Source: a virus (taxonomy: Duplodnaviria; Caudoviricetes). From it: DNA of 60,263 nucleotides. The translations under genes and the position numbers were made by a program. The notes under the pieces are model-generated. The model made no database searches and was not told where the DNA came from. It saw nothing but the letters and a program-made list of their open reading frames with translations. Below, in pieces: positions 1 through 8,509 of the stretch. Location: positions 1 to 60,263 of IMG/VR virus record IMGVR_UViG_3300044724_009327; one strand, written 5' to 3'. Each line of letters begins with the position of its first letter. The first letter of the stretch is position 1.

Positions 1-1
1 T

Positions 2-658
2 CTGCTTTGGAGGGGTGATGATGAGGAGGTTGTTTATGAAGCTCTCGTCCAGTTTGAGCAGGAGAGGCTTCAAGGGCGTCGACTTGGCGGTGTCCACCAC
101 CGTTGCCTGGAACGCCTGATTCATTATCACAGTGCCCACGTCTGACTCCACCTCGATCTCCCCCACCACGCACACACGCTCGTTGGCTATGATGGTGCAA
201 CTGGGTAGCAGTATTATGGTGGATGATCCGATCTCGTTCACTGTCATGGAGAAGTCTGTGCCCCTGACCGCTATTGTGGCCGTGGGGGTTGAAATTTTTA
301 TGTTCTGTCGGCTGTTCTTGGCTATCTGTCCTGATGCGTACCTCACGGTGCCGATGCTGGCCTTGAGGCTCAGTGCGCCGGTCTGCGAATTGGGATCATA
401 GATGAACTCGTCTATGACGAGCTTGGAGTTCTCCGTGACATCCACCCTGGTGTCGTCCACGAATATTATGGAGGTCCTGCCCTGCTGGGTCTTCACCGTG
501 TCGTAGCTCTCAATCTCGAGGCCTGTAGTGGAGGTGAGCGTGTCCCCTGACTGTCGCTCGATCACGGTGTCACCAATCTGTTGCTCAACGTCACCGATCC
601 GTGCGGATGCGGTGGCTGAAACAAGGCACCAGAATACTATGAATGTCAACCAACGCAT
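2..658 (-). CDS. FecR-domain secreted protein (partial, runs off left edge; not in ORF track)
   Basis: Manual translation from ATG at 658: MRWLTFIVFWCLVSATASARIGDVEQ...FVDDTRVDVTENSKLVIDEF...ISTPTATIAVRGTDF; signal peptide plus FecR-like TPTA-x3-RGT motif. Confidence 0.8.
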   Translation of the reverse strand, partial: MRWLTFIVFWCLVSATASARIGDVEQQIGDTVIERQSGDTLTSTTGLEIESYDTVKTQQGRTSIIFVDDTRVDVTENSKLVIDEFIYDPNSQTGALSLKASIGTVRYASGQIAKNSRQNIKISTPTATIAVRGTDFSMTVNEIGSSTIILLPSCTIIANERVCVVGEIEVESDVGTVIMNQAFQATVVDTAKSTPLKPLLLKLDESFINNLLIITPPKQ

Positions 659-659
659 G

Positions 660-1343
660 TTAGTCCGTCTGCGTTATGTCTATGGTCGCGTTGTCCCCTG
701 AAGTGGTCACATCAATCTTGTTGTCATAGATACCTGACTGGCTCATGTTGATCACGCCACCGTCTCCGGTGTGGCTGTGAACGAGTGAGTGTCCAGCACT
801 GTCTCCATCGCCCGTCTGCGTGTAGCTCGACGTGTTACCGGTCAGACCCGATGCGTTGGATATGTCGATGTCAGCATCCGCCGCCGCCGCGTTCACTGTC
901 AGTGTGAAAGTCTCTGACGCCGCTGACGTGATGTCTATAGTGCCCACGTAGTCCGAAGCGTCCGCGGTCGAACCAAGGTCCACCGTTATGTCCGCTGAGT
1001 CACCGGTCACGTCTATGCTCATTGATACCGTGTCACAATTTCCTGTGGCACAGTCCAGGTCCACCGTGTTCAGTCCACCCGTCAGGTTGATGTTACCCGT
1101 GTAGGTGGAACCATTGATGGTGGCCTCCACCACGTTGGAATCACCCACCTGGCTGATAGAGAACGTCATGGTGTCACCCGTAAGGCTCATAGCCGTCGTT
1201 GAGTCACCCGCCACGTTGTTCTGACCGTCCTGTGTGATGTCTAGGTCTAGGTTGTCTCCCGACTGCGTCACGTAGATGTCATTGGCCATCACTGGCACCG
1301 ACAGCATGATCCACAGCAGGATCGATTTAATTGTTGTCTTCAT
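660..1343 (-). CDS. Curlin-like beta-solenoid repeat secreted protein
   Basis: Probable start MKTTIK at 1343 with AGGAG SD; signal peptide; repeats IxQxGxxN (VTQSGDN, ITQDGQNN, ISQVGDSN); next to csgG/csgF. Confidence 0.7.
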   Translation of the reverse strand: MKTTIKSILLWIMLSVPVMANDIYVTQSGDNLDLDITQDGQNNVAGDSTTAMSLTGDTMTFSISQVGDSNVVEATINGSTYTGNINLTGGLNTVDLDCATGNCDTVSMSIDVTGDSADITVDLGSTADASDYVGTIDITSAASETFTLTVNAAAADADIDISNASGLTGNTSSYTQTGDGDSAGHSLVHSHTGDGGVINMSQSGIYDNKIDVTTSGDNATIDITQTD

Positions 1344-2166
1344 TATCGCTCTTCTCCTTGTGTATTTGGACAGGTTGCTTGAACTTCCAAAGGCCCTGTC
1401 GCTCACCCTTGATGATCATCTCCACTACTGAAGATTCTATTGCGGCTCTCACCGCGTAATTCACTGGCTCATTCAGGGAGTTGCCTATCTCCGCCTCCTG
1501 GCTCACCGTGCCAAGGTCCACGAACCTGAACAGGTCCGCGCTGGTCCTGTAACTGGCGATCCGCTTCTCCACAGCCACGCTCAGCAACACCTCGCCGGTC
1601 TGCACCGACACTATCCTCATGGCCACCGTGACCTGGTCCACCCTGTACTGCTTGGTCAAACCTATGCCCAGGTACCTGGCCCCAGCACCACCGGTCTCGA
1701 TGTTGCTGTCATAACCGACCACGCCGCCCTCTATGATCAGGCCCGCGAACAGCATGGGTTTCAGGCTGGGTTGCTTGTCTCCGTCGTACACCTCACGTGT
1801 TGACCTTATCAACTGTCGCTCTTTCACTAAATTCTCTAGTCCTATACGTTCCACCACACGGAACCAATTGCCGGCACTGGCACGTTTCAGTGCGTCTATG
1901 ACCCACACCTCTGAACCCTGTGACACCGCACTGCTCAACTGTGAGAAGTTGGCGTTGGGCTTCCTCTGGCCGGTCTTGTCGGCGAAACTGTACACCGCTA
2001 TGGTTATGATGGGGCCGTCCAACGCCGGCAGGTGCTTGAGCTGGTGCTCCATGTGTGATCCCGCGACCATGGGGTCATCCCACTTGATGTTCTTGATCGT
2101 TGACGCACATCCGCTTAAAACCATTGCCATCACTGCCGCGATGGTGATGTAAAAAATTTTCTTCAT
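1327..2166 (-). CDS. csgG: CsgG/HfaB family curli assembly lipoprotein
   Basis: Lipobox LSGC; AVYSFADKTGQRK, WFRVVERIGL, GGVVGYDSN, GGAGARYLGIG motifs. Confidence 0.92.
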   Translation of the reverse strand: MKKIFYITIAAVMAMVLSGCASTIKNIKWDDPMVAGSHMEHQLKHLPALDGPIITIAVYSFADKTGQRKPNANFSQLSSAVSQGSEVWVIDALKRASAGNWFRVVERIGLENLVKERQLIRSTREVYDGDKQPSLKPMLFAGLIIEGGVVGYDSNIETGGAGARYLGIGLTKQYRVDQVTVAMRIVSVQTGEVLLSVAVEKRIASYRTSADLFRFVDLGTVSQEAEIGNSLNEPVNYAVRAAIESSVVEMIIKGERQGLWKFKQPVQIHKEKSDNEDNN

Positions 2167-2610
2167 CTAGAATCCAAATCCCGTTAGTGGGACCGATATG
2201 TCCGTGATCGTGCCGTCCTCCTCGGTCACGGTGATGGTGATCGTGTCCGCCGACGTGTCCTTGACCCAGTATATGGTTGCGCCTTCTATGGATGCCGTGC
2301 CCGACGTTGATCCGTCGTCCGTGAACATGTTGTCCACCAACTGTTTGGAGAGCTGTGCGTAGATCCTGCTTTCCACGTTGTTCAGGAACTTGTTGAGGGT
2401 GGTCTGCTCCAGCTCACGTGCCAGTTTGGCCGCGGCCGCTTCCTTCTTCTCTGTTATCTCCTTCTCCCTCTGGTATCTCAGTTGCTCCATGGCCAGCACG
2501 TGGTTGCTGTATCCGTTGCCCGAGAACGAGGGATTCTTGAACTCGTGCGTGAGCTCGCTGGCCTCCACGGCCGTACAAATTGAAAGTATCAACAATGTCT
2601 GTCTAATCAT
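2167..2610 (-). CDS. csgF: Curli assembly protein CsgF-like
   Basis: Signal peptide followed by ELTHEFKNPSFSGNG; adjacent to csgG. Confidence 0.85.
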   Translation of the reverse strand: MIRQTLLILSICTAVEASELTHEFKNPSFSGNGYSNHVLAMEQLRYQREKEITEKKEAAAAKLARELEQTTLNKFLNNVESRIYAQLSKQLVDNMFTDDGSTSGTASIEGATIYWVKDTSADTITITVTEEDGTITDISVPLTGFGF

Positions 2611-2761
2611 ACGCTCACCGACCCCTCCAGGTCTATATAACTGTATTTAATATGTGCTGGTAAAACATAAAGTGTGCGGATTACCCTGTGCCTCATTTTA
2701 AACACCTGGAGAATTATGTGTGTATTTCCCACACACACCACGCTTTAAATACTTGCTGATT

Positions 2762-3172
2762 ATGAAAGAGATCATAACCGCCCTGCTGATATGGTTGGGC
2801 GCCAACAGTGACTTCAACGTCAATATGGACATTCCACTTGTTATCTTCCTGCCACAGGCCGAGATGGAGCAAATGTACTATGACGGCGCGGAGAAGCACG
2901 GCGACCTACATGCGTTCTACGACACCAAGACCGACACCATAATCCTGCCGGACACCTGGGATCGGAGGAAACCATGGGATCTATCAGTGTTGCTACACGA
3001 GATCATACACTATGTACAGGACCAGAACAACATACAGTTCAGTTGTGTGCAGGAGATGGAAGGTCCCTCATATCCACTTCAACAGAAGTATCTGAGAGAA
3101 GTGCATGACTTCGAGTGGGAGTATGACCTGCTGTGGCACCACATGGTCAGCAACTGTCCGGGCCGTATCTAG
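2762..3172 (+). CDS. HExxH-motif (zincin-like) secreted hypothetical protein
   Basis: Start MKEIITALLIW after TAAATA motif; LLHEIIH motif. Confidence 0.55.
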   Translation: MKEIITALLIWLGANSDFNVNMDIPLVIFLPQAEMEQMYYDGAEKHGDLHAFYDTKTDTIILPDTWDRRKPWDLSVLLHEIIHYVQDQNNIQFSCVQEMEGPSYPLQQKYLREVHDFEWEYDLLWHHMVSNCPGRI

Positions 3173-3756
3173 TCTTTGAATATCTTTGAGGTAATTTCCG
3201 AGGTCTTGTTCCTGACGGCCATGGAAACGCATTCTTCCCATATTGCATCTGACTTTTCGTCATCCAACTGTCCGAAGATCATTTTCTCATCGTAGTCCAT
3301 CATCAACCAACTCATGGCTGGATTCCTTGGATGTTCGATCTCCTCTTCCAGTTGTCCTGCGTCCCAATTGGCGAGGCCCAATGTGATCAACTTGTTCTGT
3401 GGCCCGGCACCCATGGCGATGTCTTCCAGTATCTTCCTGTCCAGCGTGAATCCCACGTCACTGTCCTTGAGTGCTGTGGTGCTGGCCAGTTTGTAGTCCA
3501 TGCTGTGTAGCACACCTATTATGTTGTTGAGCACAGGTCCACCGTAGTACACTGGCGGATGCACTTGTTGGTTCCTGGAGATGCTACCCTCCTGGCACAC
3601 GTGTTCGAACGTGGGCTTCTCACATCTCTTGTTGATTATCACACCCGCGGCACCTGAGACGTCGTGTCGCCATATGTACACAACCGACTTCTGGAACCTC
3701 CAGTCCGGCATGTTTGGGGGAGCGACAAGCAACTTGCCTTGTGCGTCGATGATCAT
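3169..3756 (-). CDS. YqgE/AlgH (UPF0301) family protein
   Basis: LLVAPPNMPD-x2-F-x2-SVVY, GVIINK, YYGGPV, W-x2-GQLEEEI motifs. Confidence 0.9.
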   Translation of the reverse strand: MIIDAQGKLLVAPPNMPDWRFQKSVVYIWRHDVSGAAGVIINKRCEKPTFEHVCQEGSISRNQQVHPPVYYGGPVLNNIIGVLHSMDYKLASTTALKDSDVGFTLDRKILEDIAMGAGPQNKLITLGLANWDAGQLEEEIEHPRNPAMSWLMMDYDEKMIFGQLDDEKSDAIWEECVSMAVRNKTSEITSKIFKD

Positions 3757-3799
3757 ACAAGTACTTATTTGTGCGTGTGATTGGATTAGTGCGTAGTGA

Positions 3800-6064
3800 T
3801 TATTGTATTGCGATTGACGCCTTCTGTGCTATCTTGCCAGGCTCGTTTTTATTGTAGTAACTAATTTTTCCAGTTGCTAGTTCTTTGTTTGGCCAAAGTA
3901 CATTTGTTGCAAACATACCGTCTTTGCTAATTTGACTCCCTACTTTAATAAAGTTCTGTTGTAACATTTCACGAAACATAGATTCAAGATCTGGCAGTGC
4001 ACCATTGGCGAGACTCATTCTGATCATGTTGTTTAGTGCCCAGTGTATTCTACTGAAGAATGTTTTAGCCTTTGACCCTCTTTTTGAATAGAAATTTTGT
4101 TGTTCTACGTGTTTGAAAAGGGAAATCATTTTTTTATCTTCTTTAGCATTTTCAACTGGAACGACACCAAAAGGTAAGAATGTAAGTAATTTTTTATCTG
4201 AAATAGAATCAGGTGCATGTTTAAAAATAACATCCATTAATGCAAACGGGAAAGTGTATTGTGTGGCTTGTTCATTTGCCTGCATAAACTCTATCTCTTC
4301 TTTGTATTGCGTATTTTTTTTGAACTCATCTGGTATTTTAAATCCGCCCATCGCAGTCGCGGCTCCTTTACCACTTGCTCCACCTTTTGATGATATCATT
4401 ATTTTGAAGCCAGTCTTGGGATTTTTAAATCCTGCAACAGTTCCAACAGAATCGGCTAATGGATTATTTGATTTAGAAGGAAAGAATATGTTTAGTTCAT
4501 TAAATCCTGCTACGTCCAAGTGTTTGTAGAATGGTTCGCTATTTTCAAACTTTGCAAGTCCTTGTACAACCATCAAGACACCCAAATATTCTCCAGCATA
4601 ATCTCTCAAGGCTTCTACACTCTGATTATGTTGACTCAAGTATTTCATATTGATTCTTGAATCACCTTTCAATATTCTTTGTGCCAATTCAAGAGCTTCT
4701 TTTGCCACAGGATCAGAAGTAGCAATAGGGGTTAATGCTTTTATAATGGTTTGTCCTAGTTGACCTGCAGGGATTTCTTTATCTACAATGCCTACGTCAC
4801 TGGGTTTGACCTTGTATGATTCTTTTCCTCTTTCCTTGCCAGAGATAGAAGGAGTTTTTGTTCCTCCATATTTCGGAGTTTTTGCCAAAGGACTCTGTGT
4901 TTTTGTGATCTTGACAATGCCCTTATCGGATTGTAAGGTTAAAAGTTCGGGGGTTTTCTCATCGTTTGTTGCCGCCCAGTTTTTGAATTTTTCTACTTCG
5001 TTTTTATTAATAATTACTTGCTCACCATTACTACCTATGAAAGGTGCTCCTGAGGCTATGTCATTTATAAAAGTTGGAATTCTATCTTTAGGCTTATCTT
5101 TATACTTTAAAAGTTCATATCCTGTTAAAAATGGTCTAGAACCAGACTCTCTCAAGAACCACGGATTCTCGAATGATTCCTTCTTCATGAACCTGTGTAT
5201 CAGGTCCGTGTACAGTCGGTCATGGCTGTCCTGTGATATCTCACCCCGGTCTCGTCTGTTGTGTAGATCTTTCACACCCGTCAGGAAATCCGGATACGAC
5301 TGCACGTTTGGCAGTTCCACCACGTTCTTGACTGGCTCTGGGAACTTGATTATCTCCGCCTCTTCTATTTCCTTTTGGAACCATGGTTGTGCATCCTCCC
5401 TGGTGGCACCTATGGTCAATGCTGGCCTGCTCATCCTCAACTTGTCTCCCGCGTGTATGGTGCTACCCTGGAACTGTAGTGGGTACACCGTGTGTTCGTT
5501 GTCGTCTCGGTACTTGCCCTCCGTGTCCAGCGTGTACCTGCCGTTCATCTTGATGCCTAACTGTGACAGCAACTTGTTGCTGGCGTTGAACATGATCTGT
5601 GGCAGTGCGTCCTCGCTGTCCCTGTTCTTCTTCATCCTGCGATCATATGATCTCACGAAGCCGTCCGCTTCCAGGTCCGCCGCACCGTACACCTCGTTGC
5701 CTATGACCAAGGTTGGTCCGTTCTGGTCCTTGGAGATCTTGGCGTAGATGTTGTTGTACATGGTGGGGTCTTTCAGCAGTTCATCGTTGGATGGCACGTT
5801 CAACAGCACACTGGTCTGTCCCGACGCTGATATCTTGGGTGCGTCCGCCTCCCTCTTGTCTATGGCCTGCTTGGCGGAGTCCAGCGCCTCCTGTTCCGTG
5901 TCACCACCTGTCCTCAACACTTCCTTGCTGGTGGCCGGTGATGTGACGATGGCTATATAGGGTGGTTTGACCTTGGTCTTGCTGACCGATATGTTGAGTC
6001 CCTTGTATGCCACGGGCTCTTTGAATTCTGTTATTGATTGTTCTCGTTCAAACCACGGTTTCAT
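3800..6064 (-). CDS. Large modular hypothetical protein, possibly head-packaged
   Basis: 754-aa ORF, late promoter TAAATA 5 nt before ATG, three PWF-containing segments. Confidence 0.6.
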   Translation of the reverse strand: MKPWFEREQSITEFKEPVAYKGLNISVSKTKVKPPYIAIVTSPATSKEVLRTGGDTEQEALDSAKQAIDKREADAPKISASGQTSVLLNVPSNDELLKDPTMYNNIYAKISKDQNGPTLVIGNEVYGAADLEADGFVRSYDRRMKKNRDSEDALPQIMFNASNKLLSQLGIKMNGRYTLDTEGKYRDDNEHTVYPLQFQGSTIHAGDKLRMSRPALTIGATREDAQPWFQKEIEEAEIIKFPEPVKNVVELPNVQSYPDFLTGVKDLHNRRDRGEISQDSHDRLYTDLIHRFMKKESFENPWFLRESGSRPFLTGYELLKYKDKPKDRIPTFINDIASGAPFIGSNGEQVIINKNEVEKFKNWAATNDEKTPELLTLQSDKGIVKITKTQSPLAKTPKYGGTKTPSISGKERGKESYKVKPSDVGIVDKEIPAGQLGQTIIKALTPIATSDPVAKEALELAQRILKGDSRINMKYLSQHNQSVEALRDYAGEYLGVLMVVQGLAKFENSEPFYKHLDVAGFNELNIFFPSKSNNPLADSVGTVAGFKNPKTGFKIMISSKGGASGKGAATAMGGFKIPDEFKKNTQYKEEIEFMQANEQATQYTFPFALMDVIFKHAPDSISDKKLLTFLPFGVVPVENAKEDKKMISLFKHVEQQNFYSKRGSKAKTFFSRIHWALNNMIRMSLANGALPDLESMFREMLQQNFIKVGSQISKDGMFATNVLWPNKELATGKISYYNKNEPGKIAQKASIAIQ

Positions 6065-6072
6065 ACGGGTAT

Positions 6073-6846
6073 TTATGTGGCTATCACTGTGTCGATGATG
6101 TGTTCTGCTATGTGCTTCTGTTGTTGTAGTTTGAGGGTGTATATTTCCTTGCCCGTGCTGTCATGGTATCGTTTGGGTATGTCTGTGAGGTCATGCACCT
6201 TACTGCCCGTGATCCCGTTGTAGTATTCCGTCAGGTGTGAGTTGTAGTCGTGGAACAACAGGAACTCAGAACGTATGCCCTTGGACCTTATGAATTTGAT
6301 CAGTGTGCCCAGGCTACGTTGGTGTTTCTTCTTTTGCCATTCCTTGCCCAACTCTTCCTGCTCTATGCACTTCTGTAGGAACTTTGCATACACCTCGTCA
6401 GGCCATTTGACCTGTGGTTCATTCCGGAAGTTCCAATCCCTCCTCACCACGTACTGTTTGCCCTCGTGGTGTACCACCACGCATCTGTGTGTTGCGTCGA
6501 AGTCTGTTATCAGCAACAGGTCTGGATTGCCGTTCTCTTTTATGTGATCCTTCATCAGCTCATGCATTCCTTGGAAAGTGTCTCCAACCCTACACAAGTT
6601 GATGCACCCGGGTATGTGTGCGGGCCATGCCAGTGCCTTCTCCTTGGCGTACTTGGCCATGTATGCTTCTTTTACGGCATCTGATTGCACTTCATTGTCT
6701 TTCAGGTGCCACTCCACTATCTTGTCCTTCAGTTGCCTCTTCACTTCCAGGTCATCCAGGTTGCAGTTGGGATCACCTGCTATCTCGGGCACAAGGCAGT
6801 TGTGTCCTGTGGCTATGCAATCACCCACCAGTACTATGTTTTTCAT
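6073..6846 (-). CDS. Hypothetical protein, SGNH-hydrolase-like N-terminus
   Basis: Probable start MKNIVLVGDC at 6846, coupled to upstream stop; resembles GDS block I. Confidence 0.5.
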   Translation of the reverse strand: MKNIVLVGDCIATGHNCLVPEIAGDPNCNLDDLEVKRQLKDKIVEWHLKDNEVQSDAVKEAYMAKYAKEKALAWPAHIPGCINLCRVGDTFQGMHELMKDHIKENGNPDLLLITDFDATHRCVVVHHEGKQYVVRRDWNFRNEPQVKWPDEVYAKFLQKCIEQEELGKEWQKKKHQRSLGTLIKFIRSKGIRSEFLLFHDYNSHLTEYYNGITGSKVHDLTDIPKRYHDSTGKEIYTLKLQQQKHIAEHIIDTVIAT

Positions 6847-7649
6847 TAATTGTTCTTCTTCCTTAATGTGTCGTTGATCTTGATGCTGGTCTCCAGTTGT
6901 GTGAATGGTGTGTTCAGGATCTCCCTGGCGAACCATGCCAGTGCGGCAGTGTCCTTGGGGAAGCATGATCCTGCGTATCCTCGCTGTCCGTCATTGCCAG
7001 GAACCCGCATGTGTGACTTGCCTATTCGAGGATCGTTCCCAATGACGTCTGTGAATGTTTGCCAGTCTGTACCTCGGGCCTCTTTCAGCACGTCATACAT
7101 CTCGTTCATGAATGTGACCTTGGTTGCTAGGAAACTGTTGATGCAGTACTTGACCATGCTGGCAGTGACGATGTCGGTCTTGTACACAGGACACTCATTG
7201 CAATCACTGTGTTCCAGGTACAGTTTCTCAACTGCATCTGTGTCTGCGTTTACACCACCAAAAACATGCATGGTGGGATTGACGAAATCATCGATGTAAT
7301 TTTTTTCTGTGAGGAACTCGGGGTTGTAAACTATCCTGATGTCCACGCACTGTTCCTGTATGCTTTGCAACTTGTATGCTGGCACTGTTGACTTGACGAT
7401 CACGAGCATGCCTTTTGACTTGTTCAACTGTTGCATCACCGTTTCCAGTATCTCCGTATTGCACTCGCCTGATTCCAACATGGGCGTTGGCACCGCCACG
7501 AACACTGCGTCAGGCCCGAACTTGATCAGGTCCTCTATGGTATTGGTGCTGTTGTGTTTGGGGTCTACTATGAACTTCTGCACACCCTTTGTGAATCCAT
7601 GATCCACTGCTGTGCCTACGAAGCCATGTCCTACAATTCCTAGTTTCAT
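6846..7649 (-). CDS. UDP-glucose/GDP-mannose dehydrogenase family protein (short form)
   Basis: GxGxVG Rossmann motif, VPTP, KSTVP, NPEFL, catalytic GSCFPKD. Confidence 0.9.
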   Translation of the reverse strand: MKLGIVGHGFVGTAVDHGFTKGVQKFIVDPKHNSTNTIEDLIKFGPDAVFVAVPTPMLESGECNTEILETVMQQLNKSKGMLVIVKSTVPAYKLQSIQEQCVDIRIVYNPEFLTEKNYIDDFVNPTMHVFGGVNADTDAVEKLYLEHSDCNECPVYKTDIVTASMVKYCINSFLATKVTFMNEMYDVLKEARGTDWQTFTDVIGNDPRIGKSHMRVPGNDGQRGYAGSCFPKDTAALAWFAREILNTPFTQLETSIKINDTLRKKNN

Positions 7650-7692
7650 ACGATATATTATACTAGGAAATCTTGGAGATGTCTATATCTGA

Positions 7693-7776
7693 TTATATCA
7701 GAGCAAAGGCCGACACAGCCACTACTGCCATTACCACTGCTAGTACTCCGGCGACTGTGTATATTTTATTTTTCAT
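7693..7776 (-). CDS. 27-aa membrane peptide (not in ORF track)
   Basis: MKNKIYTVAGVLAVVMAVVAVSAFALI; ATGA overlap with upstream small ORF. Confidence 0.5.
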   Translation of the reverse strand: MKNKIYTVAGVLAVVMAVVAVSAFALI

Positions 7777-7871
7777 ATGCAATCACATATTGTGTTAATT
7801 GTTGCTAGGACAAAAACATACGTCATGTATCCTCCCAATGTCCATATTAGTATTTTTTCGAACAGGCCCAT
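7773..7871 (-). CDS. 32-aa membrane peptide (not in ORF track)
   Basis: MGLFEKILIWTLGGYMTYVFVLATINTICDCI; TAATG overlap with thyX stop. Confidence 0.5.
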   Translation of the reverse strand: MGLFEKILIWTLGGYMTYVFVLATINTICDCI

Positions 7872-8497
7872 TACTTCCTCAAATATTTCCAACTTCTTGG
7901 AAACGCCTCATTAGTCAGTCTATCGATCTCGTTGGCCACCTCCTGTGTTTCTCGTTGTGTGTCTGGTTTGCATCTTAGGTTACACACCCTAGCGAATGCG
8001 TACAGTGTGCCTGACCAGTACCATTCAGTCATCATGCTCTGTGGTAAAACCATACGTGCCTGTTCTGGTGCCACACCTTTCTGCAACAGACTGTTGTACA
8101 GTATCAGACAACTTTCCATTGTTGTCTCCATGTTGTGATTGATCGTCTGGTCCAGTTTGACTTCACCATCTGAACCCTGTTTTGAATTCTGTGGCCTGCC
8201 CCTCCATGCGTCTGGTTGGTACAGTTCTGGTGCATAATCCACGTAGCGTCTTGACACCTCGTTCCACACGAGACCCACTTGGTGTTTCACCAGTTGCCTC
8301 GCAACGAATACAGGAGCCTTGATCCTAAACTGTAATGATGCGTGTGCAAATGGTGACCAATGATCGTGTTCAGCAAGATACTTGATCAATTTTTCGTCTG
8401 ATGCTTCAAACGTTTCTTTGTTTTTGCTGTAACTTACCCTTGCCGCATTGACAACGGACAAGTCAGTGCCCATCTTGTCTACTAGTTCTACTTTCAT
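7871..8497 (-). CDS. thyX: Flavin-dependent thymidylate synthase
   Basis: AARVS, HWSPF, ARQLVKHQ...NEVSRRY, EQARMVLP motifs. Confidence 0.95.
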   Translation of the reverse strand: MKVELVDKMGTDLSVVNAARVSYSKNKETFEASDEKLIKYLAEHDHWSPFAHASLQFRIKAPVFVARQLVKHQVGLVWNEVSRRYVDYAPELYQPDAWRGRPQNSKQGSDGEVKLDQTINHNMETTMESCLILYNSLLQKGVAPEQARMVLPQSMMTEWYWSGTLYAFARVCNLRCKPDTQRETQEVANEIDRLTNEAFPRSWKYLRK

Positions 8498-8509
8498 ATG
8501 CTTATTATA

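Noticed and set aside
4788-5747. Long plus-strand ORFs (also 22213-23217, 50675-51418 and many shorter ones)
   Set aside because: Ser/Leu/Phe-rich antisense shadows of well-formed minus-strand genes
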